From Chrysomallon squamiferum (Eukaryota > Animalia > Mollusca), in the NCBI GenBank assembly GCA_012295275.1, contig CM022668.1, positions 15,810,001 through 15,874,000 of the forward strand: a stretch of 64,000 bases of DNA. Reading direction: 5' to 3'. The notes under the pieces are model-generated. The model was not told the DNA's origin. It saw only the letters and a list, made by a program, of their open reading frames with translations, and ran no database searches. Numbering within the stretch: position 1 is the stretch's first letter; each line of letters begins with the position of its first letter. Positions 40,788 through 56,429 of the stretch are shown in pieces. The position numbers and the translations under genes are program-made.

Positions 40788-41484
40788 TTGTATATTATGT
40801 TTTCAAGTATAATGTATATGTATACTTCAGGCAAATTTTTATTTTATTTTTATGACATTAGCAATAGGGTGTGATATGTATGTCGTTTTTGTGTTTGTCT
40901 GTCTGTCTTTCTGTCTACATGTTTGTTTATATGTGTGCATTTTTAATACAGTATTATGACAGTTTTATACTAATAATTATCTATACAACGAATGTGTTTT
41001 CATAAATATGCCACGAACACATATATACATGTAAAGTTTTACACATACACACACACAGACACTCACCTACAAGACACTCACTGACAAACACAGACATACA
41101 CAAACCCAGACACACATCTTACATACACACACATGCATATATCTGCACAGGAAAAAAAAAAAATCTAGTTAATATTAAATATGAAACTAGATAGCAGAAT
41201 GTAATAAAAGATCTTATTAATTAATTATATTCTGGAAATTAATTTCTTCGACTTTGCTAATTTGTGCCAGCCTGTCTCATCTTTTCATGTCTGATAGTTA
41301 TTTTTAAAATAACAACAATAATAATAATAATTAATAATAAAGGCAACAACAACTGTAATAATAATAATAATAAGAAGAAGAAGAAGAAGAAGAAGAACAA
41401 AAAGAACTCAGTAAAGTATTAAGTACCTATTTAACTTACAACAATACATTATAAATGTAATTGATTCATCACTGATTCATGCAA

Positions 41485-41722
41485 ATGGTTACGAATCATA
41501 CAGATAGCAAAAGAAGAGACTTTTATTCTTGTCAAATAGCAGCAAGGAATCATTGACGTCAACCTTCCCATAAACAGTTTTATGTAACACACCACTGTCT
41601 TTTAATAAAACCACTCACATAGCAGAGTCCGGAATGGGAAATTGCCCCCAAAAATGAGCCATGAGGAGCATGGATCTTGTTAATTGTTAAATCTCAGACA
41701 TTTTTCCCTCTAACCACAGATA
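41485..41722. mobile_element. More decayed copy of the same SINE-like repeat
   Basis: Colinear blocks shared with 16506-16632; the 3' extent relies on my recollection of the repeat and is uncertain. Confidence 0.4.
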
Positions 41723-42420
41723 CAGTTGTACCAGCAGTGATACAGAGTATCGCAAAAAGACCCATGTTTTATCTAAAGAGTTTTAAATTTATTTTACTCT
41801 TCCGCCAAAAGTGCTTGCTACTGTGATAAATTACTCAAATATGACGTGACAGGGATAAAAATACAGAGTGCAGATAATGAGAACATAAAGAACTCTTTAT
41901 TTTTTAGTTTAGAACATTTTAGAAACTGTCTCCTTTCGTAGATATGTTGTTTTTTTTTAATAATAATTATCCTTTATCTGATTTGCAAAATAAGCAGTGT
42001 CTCTCAGATCTGAAGTTAAAATACAAATAATAATAATAATAATAATAAGTAAATAAATAAAAGTATATATATATATATATATATATAAAAGACAGTATCA
42101 TCTTAATTATTAAAAAAAAGCCTTAATATTTTCAAATTAAAAAAGAAAAATCTTAAATACCCCAAAAAGTTTGTTTTAAAAAGGATATATAAGAAATTAA
42201 CAAGGACTAATTTTGAATATCAAAATTTTGAAAGATTCTCTTTATTGTATCTCCTTTCTTGAAGAGTTCCAAATGATTGTCTCCCTTAGATTACAGATTA
42301 TTATGAGGGAAGTCGAGATGGATGCTCCATCCATCATCATTTCAGCTGCTGAGTTGATTGAGAGAAAAGATAATCACAGAGAGGCTGAGAAATTCACACA
42401 CAGACACACAACAGCTATGT

Positions 42421-43003
42421 TGTTGTCAGACACTGGCAACTACTACAGTAACGCAGACTACAGCTACACTGTTGTCAGACACTGGTAGTATGTCCATGTA
42501 TACCATGACAACTACTACAGTAACGCAGACTACAGCTACACTGTTGTCAGACACTGGTAGTATGTCCATGTATACCATGACAACTACTACAGTAACGCAG
42601 ACTACAGCTACACTGTTGTCAGACACTGGTAGTATGTCCATGTATACCATGACAACTACTACAGTAACGCCTACAGACTACAGCTACACTGTTGTCAGAC
42701 ACTGGCAGTATGTCCATGTATACCATGACAACTACTACAGTAACGCAGACTACAGCTACACTGTTGTCAGACACTGGCAGTATGTCCATGTATACCATGA
42801 CAACTACTACAGTAACGCAGAATACAGCTACACTGTTGTCAGACACAACTAATATAACCATACAGATCTTTGCTACTACAACTACTACAGTGATTCAAAC
42901 TACAACAACACTGTTGTCAAACACAACACGTATAACCATACAGATCTTTGCTACTACAACTGCTACACTGACACAGACAACAGCCACATTGTTGTCAAAC
43001 ACA
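42421..43003. repeat. 72-bp minisatellite, ~5 well-conserved plus ~3 truncated or diverged copies
   Basis: TGTTGTCAGACACTGG at 42470, 42542, 42614; 4-nt insertion near 42670; diverged units after 42840. Confidence 0.95.
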
Positions 43004-43707
43004 CCTATGAAGAACAACAGATTATAAATTTTAAAAAAAATGTATCACATTCCATTGACCAGATTTGATCCCAGTAACCATTGCGATGTCTTGGCCAACA
43101 AACAGTGTTTAAGAAGTGGACTACATCAGTGTTCTGTGTATGTGTTAGACACTCTAAGATGGTGTTTCTCTGCACAGGGCAAACCCGGTGAAGTTGTAAA
43201 CCAGATCAGCAGGCGCTGTAAACAAAGCTGATAATGTTTAATCATGTATAAAAGCTTCTGACAGGCCCAGGAAAGCAGCATTTTGGTATCTTAATGCACG
43301 GCAGAACGCATGTGTGACTCGTGATAAACTGTCTAGAAAGCAGTACAATTTTTATTTTTTATTTTTTATTTAAAAAAACCAAAAAAAAAACCCTATCTAA
43401 ACGTACGTTTTACTAAAGTAAATGTTGGTAAACTCTCGGGTTTTTGTTCTTGTTCTTGGAAGAATTATAACAAATAGTTGTTCACATCTTGTGTCTGTCT
43501 GTCTGTCTGTTTATCTGCATGTCTATCATTTAATTAGTCTGTCGTACAAGTTTTTTTTTGTTTTTTTTTTTTTTTTTGTTTTTAAAGGAAAATGCAGTTG
43601 TTGTAGGTTTGAACGAAAAAAAAATTGTAACTGAAATAATCTGAGGTGAAAGTGTGAAATGGAGCCTGCACTGGTTGTGTTAGAAAATTATTTATATACA
43701 TGTGTAT

Positions 43708-43751
<44 letters not shown>

Positions 43752-45090
43752 ACACACAGACACACACACACACATATATATACTTACAGATAAATGTATT
43801 TAACATTGGACATAAATGTGATTTTTAAGTGTATAATATATTTGTGTATGTGTATGTTTATCTGTGTGTGTGTATGTACTTATGTATGTATTCTTGTATG
43901 TATGTATGTATAATGTAACATCATGTTTGTATGTACACACACACACACACACACATATATATGTATATATGTATATATACAAGTGTATGTTATATATGCA
44001 CATTATGTGTTAATGTATATAACAATGAATGGTCCTGGTCATAAAAAAAAAAAAAAAAAAGAAAGAAATTAATAAAACAAAATGAATCGACACAAAACAA
44101 ATAAACACACAACAATACCGTTCACACTACGACTCTGAATTGATCAGACGCTGTTTTGTGATGGATTAGTATCATTAAAATTAGTTTGTTTCTGGTAAAT
44201 TATTTCCAGCTAATCAGCAAGGCCAACACCGGTCAAGATAGATGACGAGGAAAGTAATAAAAATATTGAGTTTCAAACAGTCCACCGCATACACTGAAAT
44301 TGTCAGTTATTGCTTCTGTCAGAGTTTGATTTGTTTTTTGTTTTTTTCTTCTTCTAATTATTTTCTTGTTGTTGTTAGTAGTATTGTTATTAATATTATT
44401 ATTAAGTTGCTTTTATAATGTTATTTTCATACGTATGACCACAGATGTATATACATATAAAGTTTTACACACACACACACAGACACACACACAGACACAT
44501 ACATATCTTACATAGATATACATGCATATATTTATTATTATTATTATTATTGTTATTATCATCATCATCATCATCAATTAACATCATCATCATCATTTTT
44601 CACTGTTATTATTCAGGTTTAAATTAACAACTACATCTAGATTTAACCATTAACTGAACCAATTTCGCCACTCTTTCCAATCCTCAATTAAATTCCACAT
44701 GCAACATCATAATAATACTTTTGTAACTCATAGTCACAATCATAGTAAAAAAAAGAAAAAAAAATAAAAAAAAAAAAAAAGAAAAAAGAGAAAAAGAGAA
44801 AACATACATTTAAAAAAGTGTACGATTTAAAATAATGGTTATTAATGTGAAATTTGGCTTGATACGGCAGTGAAGAATGGCTTGTTTCAGTGGAAAGGAA
44901 AGTAATTATGCCACTAACTTAATTTAATCACTGGTGCCAAGTGTCAGATTGCCAGTAATTAGGACAGAAATAAACCTGGAGCAGAGAAAAAGAATAAATA
45001 AATATAAAAATGTTTCAGCTGGGCCTTTCCCCAGAAGGTCTTTGTGTTGCCTGGTCATTTCTCGCGTTGTTGTTGTTGTTGTTGTTTGTT

Positions 45091-45122
<32 letters not shown>

Positions 45123-47341
45123 GGTGGTGGTGGTGGTGGTGGTGGTGGTGGTGTAGTTGTTGTAATTGACGATGTTGTAGTAGTAGTTGTTGTTGGTGTT
45201 AGTATTGGTGACGTTCCAGTTGTAGTTATTTGTGCTGCGATAGATGTTAATATTATTGGAAGTTTTGTTATTGTTATTGTTATTATTTATGTTGAGTAGT
45301 AGTGATACTAGTAAGAGTAGTAGCAACAGTAGTAGTAGTAATAGAAGTGATAGTAGTAGTAGGAGTAGTAGCAATATTACTTGTATAGTAGTAATAATAG
45401 CAGCAGTAGTAGTTGTAGTTGTAGTGGTATTTATGTTGTTATTGGGATGCAGTTTGTTTAGTAGTAGTTGATGGTTTTGTTGTCATTAGCACTTGTTGTT
45501 GTTTGTTTGTTGTTTTTGTTGTTTTTCATATTGGCACTGGTTTTATTATTTATTTTTATTTTTTATTTATAATAGCCATAATAATAGCATCAGCTGTAGA
45601 ACTAATAGCAAAGAAGTAGTAGTCATAATACTGTCTGCAACAGTCACAGTATGATAATAGTTGTTGTTGTAGAAGTAGTAGTAGTAGTAGTAGTAGAAGT
45701 ATCATGTGATAGTTATAGTAGTAATAAAAACAGTAATAATATAAATACCTTAACATTAATTTAGCTAAATAATAATAAAGATGATGATGATGATTTTGAT
45801 GACTTTTATCCATATTCTTTCAATTTACTTGTTACTATATTAATACAATGATATCTGATTAAATTTTTTGTTGTTGTTTTTTTTTTTTTTTTTTTTTCTT
45901 TATTATTCATTTATAATTATTAAATCTTATTTATTTAATTATTGTTAGGGTTTTTTTTTTTGTGTTTTTTAAATATATATAACTGATGTATTTCATTAAC
46001 AGATAATTACATTGTGATACTAAATGTTTATCTAGATCAATAGATTAATAATACTGAATTATTTTAATTTAAACATTTAATAAAACAAACAGAAAAAGGT
46101 ATCATGATGATGTAATAGTACATGTATTATACTAATATTAAATTGTAGTATTTTGAAATTAAACATCAAAAATAATTAAACTGAAGTAAAAGTACAAACT
46201 CATCTTAATATTAAACTGTTTTAATTTACCTTTTAATAAAATAACAGATTATCAAGTTGATATATTAGTACTATACAATGCTAATATTAAATTGTTTTAA
46301 CTTAGATTTTAACTTTTAAAAATACACATATATATATATGTGATCTGATACTAAAATTAAATTATTTTAATTTAGATTTTAATTTAAAAAAATAAAAATT
46401 TAAAAAAACCCCATTAAAATAAATATATTGACACAGTAACAAATTGTAATGGTAAAAATCTGCAACATTACTTTAATATTATCCCAACATCTGTGTTTTT
46501 AATAATTCTAACTATTGATAAATGCGTAACTGTGAAGTTTTCAAGGTAAACTCACTAATTCGATACATTCGGTATAAATCAGAATTTAGTTATGTTAGAC
46601 ATGTGGACAGATAAAGCATATATCTTTGTTCACTGAATTAAATGTGTTTCTGTATTAAATAATAAATGTTTCTTTTACATGCGAAGAATAGTTTTGCATT
46701 GTGTTTGTAAAACGAGCATTTTCCCAGTTTGTTTAGATTGTGTTCACCTTTTCAAACTGACGAAATATATTGATGAACTAATACAAAAAATAATAATAAT
46801 AAAATTAAAATTTTAAAAAAAAGTATAGTAAAATAAAAAAAATAAAATATATATTTTTTTTTTAAAAGTAGTGTAAAATAAAATAAAATAACAACATAAC
46901 ATAACATAACAACATTAAATAAAATAAAGATAAAAAAAAAAAAAAAAAAAAATAATAAAGCAACAATCCAATAAACTCTTTCATTTTTCTTCTATTTTTT
47001 TTTCTACTATCTTATACATTAACTGAACATTTTAACTCTATACTTTGATATAAACTTATACTCTGCCTATAAATTAAATTGTAAAATAAAGTGTATTGTA
47101 TGTATGACCTGGTATTTTTAACTAAACTGTACATTACTGCACTGATGTTTAAATCATTCCAAATTTTAAAACGGTTAATTTCAAACAGTAAATAAATTTC
47201 ATAATAATAATAATTGTATTAAAATCATGATGATGATGATGATGATGATAAATCTGTATGGCTGAACAGATGATATTAAAATATTTCTTTATATTCTTAT
47301 ATTATTATTATTTTTTTATTTATTATTATCATTATTATTAC

Positions 47342-47393
<52 letters not shown>

Positions 47394-47792
47394 ATTATTA
47401 TTACTTAGATTTTACCTCTAAACACCCAACATCTACATAAAATTTCCTAATTACTTATTGATTCTAAATCTTTGATTTTAGTCTTAGATATTTATCCGAG
47501 TCAAATTTGTTAAAGATATTTTTTTCATTACTTCCACATAAATCTTTGATTTTTGCTCTCAAACACACATTATATTCATGTAAGATTTTCTTATTTCTTG
47601 ATTCTAAACCTTTGATGTCATTTACCCTTAAATACCCAACATCAGCAAAAAATAATTCTTATTATTTATTTGGTTCCAAATCCTCAATTTTACCTTTAAA
47701 CATCCAATACCTGTAGAAAACATTTTTTTTTTTTTTTTTTTATTTGTTTCTAGGAATTAAATAGATTTTAAAATGGGCAGCATCTGAATCAG

Positions 47793-47835
<43 letters not shown>

Positions 47836-48228
47836 TGGATTCTAAATTTAAGAATTTTTTCCACCTACGAATTTTTCTTCATTCTTAATTTTACCAAGAT
47901 GCCTCTGGTGCTATTTTTGTTTGTTTATTTGATTTTTTAAATATCTGACTTTTTAAATTTTTTTTTTTTTTTTTTTTTTTTTGTTGCTTTTAGCTTTAAT
48001 ACAGTCTATGCTGTTTGGGTTTGTGAGGTGAATTCTGTTGGTGACAAAACACATTAAGTTTAAATAGTTACTGTGTAAAACAGTACAGTGTTTCAGTCCA
48101 TGTGTTGTTAGATGATACTACAAGTGTAACCAATATCTACGATTTCCTGCACAGGTCGAGTTTGTCTCTGAAATAAATTCTCGAAATTAAATACGTGAAA
48201 TCAGATCTGGACAGACACTGTTTCAGTG

Positions 48229-48262
<34 letters not shown>

Positions 48263-48646
48263 CTTTTCAAACTTTATTTTTATTTATATGTTTTTGTTTT
48301 GTTATTTTTTACTGTTTAAAAAAAGAATTTGGTTTGAGGTAACACTATTTTATACATCTTTTTTTCTTCTTTTTTTTAAATATTCTGCAAATGTTGAGGT
48401 ATATTGTGGGTGCATATATATGTATGTATATATTTATATATGTGTGTTTGTGTGTTTATGTTTGTTTGGATAGACAGATGAACAGATGGAAAGACAGATA
48501 GATGCAGATAATAAAATAATAATAGCACAATTTTTTTTTTATATGTCTGCCTATGTGTTTATGTTAAAAGATATATACAAAGTTAGTAGCTAATTTTTTT
48601 GTATTTTTAAATGTATGCATATGTGTGTGTATGTTAATATATGTAA

Positions 48647-48692
<46 letters not shown>

Positions 48693-48862
48693 TTGCATGT
48701 TAAAACAGCAGTACTGAAAGACAATGAGTTAACATTTGGTAAGGTAAACAGTGCCAAAAATAATGTACAAATTTACACGTTACTCTTCATAGTTCTCAAA
48801 TGCTCTCTTTTTAAGTTTTCCAAACAAATCTACATTTTAAGTTATAAAAGGTTATATATGTT

Positions 48863-48924
<62 letters not shown>

Positions 48925-49269
48925 TGTTTCTTAATTACAGGTATATTATAACATAATTATTAATTTCATTAATAATATTACACTGCTGTTTTCAATTAAT
49001 TACTTTTACATAATAACAGAGTTTATAAGTTCTATAACATCTACAAGTCTAGATTATTCAGAATTTTATTTATTAATTTATTATTATTATTATTATTATT
49101 ATTATAAATGTCATTTTATTATTATAAATGTCATTTTGCTATTTGCTGCTGTTGTTATAATTTATTTTATAGTCTGTAATATAAAAATATTTGATTAAAA
49201 CATAGCAGCATTTAATTTGTATTAAAATCCCTTTTTTAAATGTATTCAGTCTAATGTGACATTTTATTA

Positions 49270-49495
49270 CTGTTTTAACTTTTACTAAAATACAGGTTTT
49301 ACAATGTAAAGTTTAACATAAACATTGCATTACTTTGTAGAACTGTGAATTTTTTTGCTAAATTACAAGTGTTGCAATGTAAAGTATAACATAAACATTG
49401 CATTACTTTATAGAACTGTTTTAATCTTTACTAAAATACAAGTTTTACAATGTAAAGTATAATGTAAACATTGTATTACTTTATAGAACTGTCTT
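49270..49495. repeat. 73-bp tandem repeat x3
   Basis: CAATGTAAAG at 49302, 49375, 49448. Confidence 0.88.
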
Positions 49496-49508
49496 AATGT
49501 GTATTAAC

Positions 49509-49540
<32 letters not shown>

Positions 49541-50126
49541 GATACTGTATTACTAAGTACTGTTGACTGCTTTAATTTGTATCTAAATGCTTTTCACAAT
49601 ACACAGTATGATGCTATATACTATTAGTCTGTTAGGAATTACTTAAAATTCTCTGTGTATACAGCATCATAGAGCATTCTGTTGTAGTGTAGTATTCAAA
49701 TAATATTTTAAAAATTCAAAAAAAAGAAGAAGCAGAGAGAGAACACAAAGAATATAAGTAAGCAGAAACATCTCTTAGGTAAATATGAATAACCATTGTA
49801 AAATACCAGATTATTTTAATTTCTCATCTTTAATGTACTGTTTAGTAAGTTGTAAGTACACTGATGCTGTGAATATAGTCTTGCACTTTGTGTGTGTGAA
49901 TGTGTGTATGTGTGTATGTGTGTGTTTTTCTTGTAAAATTGTGTTGTTGTTGCTATTAAAATTTTAAATTTAATTATACAGTATATATATATACATATAT
50001 ATTGTTGGTAGTATTTATTCATTTTATATTATTACTAAATAAAAATAATAAAACCCAGTTACAAAACATTACATTCTTCAACTTCAAAACCTGTAAACAA
50101 AACTACAACACAAACACACACAACAA

Positions 50127-50161
<35 letters not shown>

Positions 50162-50584
50162 CAAAAAAATCTCAACACACGAAAAAAAACTTCATCAACT
50201 TACCATTCAATCTTGAAAACACAAAAAATCTTTTTTTTTTTTTTTTTTTTTTTTTTATTCCTCCCTCCTTCCTTCCTTAAACTCCAGAACTTTCTTTCTT
50301 GTCACTAAAAGTGAGAGAGAGAATTGCGAAACTCAAACAGACAAATGTACAAACAGACACAGCATTTAAAAATCCACATCCCGAGAACTGACTGGGAAAA
50401 ACCTGCACTCAGGCAAGGCTCACACTGAACACTGAACGGCAGATGTGGAGTTCTCGTGGCCGCCTCGCTCGCACGCTGTAGTGATACAGGCTTACAGCAG
50501 AGTTGTCGATGGCGTTATTGCTAGTGACAAGGGCAAGGAAAATAAGCAGCAGAGTGAGTGGTGTGTTCTTTCACCGTGCAGTGC

Positions 50585-50674
50585 TGTTAGTGTGTGTGTG
50601 TGTGTTGTTGTGTGCTGTTAGTGTGTGTGTGTTGTTGTGTGTGTGTGTGTGTGTGTGTGTGTTGTTGTGTGCTG

Positions 50675-50705
<31 letters not shown>

Positions 50706-51260
50706 TAGTGTGTGTGTGTGTGTGTTGTGTTGTTTATCTGTTGTTTGTGTTGTGTGTGTGTTGTTAGTTTCAGTGTGTGTGTTGTGTGGTGTTAGTATGT
50801 GTGTGTTGTCTGTGTTTAGGATGTGTGTGTGTGTTATCTATTAGTGTGTGGATGTTTGTGTGTGTTTGTGTGTTGTTGTGTGTGTGTGTGTGTGTTGTTG
50901 TGTGTGTGTGTTGTGTGCTGTTAGTGTGTGTGTGTGGGGATGTGTGGGTTTGTGTGTTGTTTGTGTGTTTGTGTGTTGGTTTGTGTGTGGATGTATGTGT
51001 GTGTTATATGTGTCAATATGTTGTGTGTGTTTGTGTGTTACACATGTGTTGTTTGTGTTTGTTATGTTGTTTGTGTATGTTTGTGTGTTTGTCTATGTTG
51101 TGTATGTGTGTTTTGTCATGTTGTGTTTGTCATGTTTTTTACTGTGTGTTATCTCAGGAATATATGGTGTGTCTGTGTATTTGATGTGTGTGTGTGTGTT
51201 ACCTATGTATATTTTTTGTTATATGGTGTGTCTATGTGTGTGTGTTATGTAGGTGTGTTT
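50585..51260. repeat. Long degenerate (GT)n tract; others at ~27055-27215, 59726-59866 (AC), 61667-61940
   Basis: Seen directly. Confidence 0.93.
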
Positions 51261-51847
51261 TTGTACTGAATATGTCTGTGTTACATATGTGTATTTATTC
51301 CTGGATGTGTATATGTGTGTGTATGTGTTTTCTATTTAAACAAACATGTTATGTTACTGTCATATTTTGGGAATATGTGTTGTCATTTTCTGTGTGTGTG
51401 TGTGTATGTTTATATGAGTGTTTTTATTTGTATGAAATCTTAAATCTTCTATTTAAACAAACAGTTACTGTCAACTTAATAACTTACTTGTTAATTAATT
51501 TACACAGAACTTTTGTCAACAAACAGAGACTTGTTAAGTAACACTTACTTTGTAAACCTAGTCACTTGTCTGTTTAAATAACACTTACTGTGAGAAACCT
51601 AGTCACTTTAGTATTTAATTAAGTAAACTACACTTTAAACTTATAGTTACTTCTTGTCTTAAATGATCTGTCCATGATTTTGAAAAAGTTAGGCACAAGA
51701 ATGCTTGCATGTGAAAGTAAAATGAAAATGTTAGTCTACTGCGCAATGTTTAAAGTAAATGTCACTTTCAAACTGTTCAACTCTGCATAATCAGTAGATA
51801 TTAACTGTGCCTGTGTGCATTACACTGGCAATTATTTATTATTATTA

Positions 51848-51906
<59 letters not shown>

Positions 51907-53336
51907 TACTACTTCTACAACTATTACTAGTGCTACTGGGTACGTTTTTTTATTTATGATTTAATAATTTTATTTTTATTATTTATTTATATTTTCATTT
52001 AATTAATTTTATTTAATTAAACTCAATATATTTACACATAACAAATAAATAATACAGATAGAGATAAATATTATTTCGATTTTTTGTAATTATATAAAAT
52101 GTAATGAAAACACGAACCCAACAAATGATTACATGGTTAATTTTGAATACTGAAAAAAAAAAAAAAAAAAAAATTAAAAATAAAAATTAAATGTCTTACA
52201 TGCATTGTAGATAATTTATTTATTTTTATATTTTTTTTTTTTTTTTTTTTTTGTATATAAAAATTCAGTGAAACAATCATCTAACATGGCTCGTAAACAG
52301 TTTTAAAATAACAAACCGTAAACCGAAACTTTAATATTGCGTCAATCGACTCAGTATGCAACAAAGTAAATATATAAATAATTAGTATAATTACTCAGAG
52401 TGAACTGAATGGCTTCCTCATCTGCATTTAACACACAGAAATAACAAAGATTAATTAACCAGTGGTAACATCAGGGAGTCACATTTTTGTATTAATGATG
52501 GAAGAAGTATTCATCGTGTATAAATATGGTCGAATAAATGCGAATATTTAAGAATGAATTTTAAAACTGACTGCAGAATGTTATTGTTGGTTTATTTATT
52601 TATTTATTTTTTGTTTATTTTTTTGTTATTGTTGTTTTTTTTAGTTTTGTTATTGTTATTAATATATTATTATTATTACTCTTCTTCTTCTTATTATTAT
52701 TATGATGATAATAATGATGATGATAATGATGATCATGATGATAATTTATTATGTGTCAAAAATGGGTGGGGTGTATGTGTGTGTGTTGTTACTCATCTTT
52801 CTTTTTGTTTTATTTATTTCCATTATGTAAGTTATATATATACATAGACAGACAGACAGATAGACAGACAGGCAGATAGACAGACAGGCAGATACAGATA
52901 TTTCTAAACAGCTTTACTCTCTGTCTCTATCTCTTTCTCACAGATGTCTCTCTTTCTCACAGTAAATTTGTCGTCTGCTGTCTCTGTGTGAGATTACTGT
53001 GAGGTCTGCCAGGCGGACTCACACCTGCTCTGATTCCAGACATTGGTCCTGCCAGGCTCGTTTCTCACACACATCCGTTCAAATTGTCGTAAAAAAAAAA
53101 AAAAAAATGTGCCTGGAATTGCCACAGATAGCCCCTAGTCTTGCAGATATGTCTGTCGTGGACTCTGAGAGGTTTTTCTGATAATCCCGAGCAGAGGAGG
53201 AAGAATGTTGGTCGGGGAAGCAGATCTGAGCCCTGTGCCGAGGTTTTATCAGAACCCGAGAAATGTATTCAGTGATTAGAGTCTCTCTTTTTACACCAGG
53301 AGAAATAGTTTTGTGATTATACCGTACGTTGTGTTC

Positions 53337-53490
<154 letters not shown>

Positions 53491-54117
53491 CTGAAATCTG
53501 GTTTAGATTAAATTCTCTCTCCCTCTTTTTTTTTAAGCAGACTCTGAGAATTTGATTGAGAGACATATTTGCTTGGTTGAAGATGGGTTTTTTTAGATTA
53601 GAAAATGAAGTTGATAATAATAATAATGATAATGATATAATAATAATAATGATAATGATAATAATGATAATAATGATAATGATATAATAATAATAATCAT
53701 GATGATGATAATGATAATAAAAATGATATTAATGATAATAATAATAAAAATAGTAATAATAATAGTAATGATAATAACAATAGTAATAATAATAGTAATA
53801 ATAATAGTAATAATAATAATAATGATGATGATGATGATAATGATGTTGATGGTAATAATATTGAGGATGATAATAATAATAATAGTAATAATAATAACAA
53901 TAATGATAATAATGATAATAATAACAATAACAATAATAACAATAATGACAACAACAATAACAATAACAATAACAACAACAACAATAACAATAATAATAAT
54001 AAAGACAATAATACTACTAATAGGCTGAAGGTTTAACATCATCTTGACACATTATGTACAAAGTGTCAAGCACTTGTTTGTTTGTGTGGCTGTGATTGAC
54101 AGTCTGAGAAACAGAGT

Positions 54118-54284
54118 GTTGACCTTCTTAAGTGTCAGACTGGATCTGTTAAAGGTCCACAGTACTGGCTAGTTGACCTTCTTAAGTGTGAGACTGGATC
54201 TGTTAAAGGTCCACAGTACTGACTAGTTGACCTTCTTAAGTGTAAGACTGGATCTGTTAAAGGTCCACAGTACTGGCTAGTTGA
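54118..54284. repeat. 54-bp tandem repeat x3
   Basis: GTTGACCTTCTTAAGTGT at 54118, 54172, 54226. Confidence 0.95.
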
Positions 54285-54536
54285 ATAAAGGTTTGATCCA
54301 GTCAAAAGAGTAAAAGTTTGATCCAGTTAAAAGAATAAAAGTTTGATCCAGTCAAAGGAATAAAGGTTTGATCCAGTCAAAAAAGTAAAAGAATGTGGAT
54401 TTGATCCAGTCAAAAGAATAAAAGTTTGATCCAGTCAAAGGAATGAAAGTTTGATCCAGTCAGAAGAATAAATGTTTGATCCAGTCAAAATTATGCAGAT
54501 CTGATCCAGTCATACGAATAAAGGGTTGATCCAGCT
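54285..54536. repeat. ~24-bp minisatellite (GAATAAAAGTTTGATCCAGTCAAA), ~9-10 copies
   Basis: TGATCCAG recurs at ~24-bp spacing. Confidence 0.9.
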
Positions 54537-55157
54537 AATAGAACATAGTTTTGACTCCATGTTAACAAAACACTGGACAACCCATTTAGCAAGCAGGTTA
54601 TTCCATTAACAGACAAACACTTTATCCAGCTGATGTAACACAGGGTTGATCCAGCTAATGGGAATACAGGGTAGTTTTGTACAGGGTCCATGTTTAAAGG
54701 AAGTTAGGAGTAAAACAGGACTGACATGGTTGATCAGTTTAAGGGAGAAATGTATGTGTGTTACCCCTTTAATACACAATACAGTGTTTTTACCCATTTG
54801 TGTGTGTGTGGTTGTGTTTTGAACTCCATATTTAGACTCCATGTGTTATCTATGGTGTACATAGTGTATCCTGAAAGATGTACCAAATCAGGGAGTGTTA
54901 TCTATGACATACTTGTTGTATCATGACATGTGTACCAGCAGTACACAAGCTGTTAGACGCAGCCTCATTCTGATTTACTCTATCTCTGACTCAGGTTGTG
55001 TACATGTCATTCTCTAACAAACTTCAGATTAACTATGTTCCTCGAAAAGTTCTTCGCAGGTTTTGTTTCACAGAAATGATGCTGAGGGTTTTAAGAAATA
55101 TATATTTTTGAGTGTTTAGGTTTTTGTTAGCTGTGTTGTATATGGTTTTGCTGGGGT

Positions 55158-55211
<54 letters not shown>

Positions 55212-55219
55212 GATGTATT

Positions 55220-55258
<39 letters not shown>

Positions 55259-55393
55259 ATGTATTTTTGTGTGTGTGTGTGTGTGTATATGTGTGGATGT
55301 GTGTCTGTGTCTGTGTGTGTGTATGGATGTATTTATGTGTCTATGTATGTTTGTGTGTGTGTGTGTGTGTGTATGTATGTACATATGTATGTA

Positions 55394-55428
<35 letters not shown>

Positions 55429-55490
55429 ATGTATGTATGTATGTATGTATGTATGTATGTATGTATGTATGTATGTATGTATGTATGTAC

Positions 55491-55525
<35 letters not shown>

Positions 55526-55551
55526 TGTATGTATATATGTATGTATGTATG

Positions 55552-55585
<34 letters not shown>

Positions 55586-55839
55586 TGTGTTAACTAGTAA
55601 ACATGTATGTACCCAAGTGTACCATAAGACACATAAGTTGTCAGCAAAGATTTTAGCTTTTTTAATTTTTATTTCAAGAATGAAAACACACACAATACAA
55701 CACACACTAACAAGGCAAACAGCCGGAACAGAAAAAGCATTGCACGGAATACATTAAGAAGACTTGATCCTGAAACCCTTCACACCTCAAATACACTCAA
55801 ATAACACTCCCACTCCCTTCATGACAACAAACAATTCAG

Positions 55840-55875
<36 letters not shown>

Positions 55876-56398
55876 ATGTACCTAGTTACAATTTCCCACG
55901 TTTCAATAAGTAATCTTTCTAATTATAAACTTGTTATTCTGTGGTAAATCCAGATGCGGGGTCCCTGATTACTTGGAGCACCGTAGTCTTGGCACACATT
56001 AAGAGCAGGGAAGCAGGCTGGAAGTGGGCTGATGAAAGCAAAGATGGAGAGGGATGAAAACGTTGACACCTGTCAATCATCGCGTCGTTAGCCTCTCTCT
56101 GGTTTGAACCGGCTGAACCGCGACTCTCCGCCTGAAATGTCTGATATACTTAGTGTCCCGCTGTGCCAGTCACTGTGCCAGTCACTGTGCCACTTAGAAT
56201 GTTGTGCCGAGGTTAATTAGAGAGTGAAAGCTTTATTGTCTCAATGCAGCTCCCTGCCTGTTATGACTTAAATTTAAATGTGTTTTAGTTTCGCCAGCTT
56301 CTTTTTTTATTTGTGGGGATATACGTATATAAAGTATAAAAAGTTTTATTAATGTAACTGACTTTGGCTGCATAAGAATAAGTGTAACAGATTTACTT

Positions 56399-56429
<31 letters not shown>

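Noticed and set aside
42358-43027. Thr-rich mucin-like ORFs
   Set aside because: Derived from the 72-bp array; a 4-nt insertion near 42670 breaks the frame.
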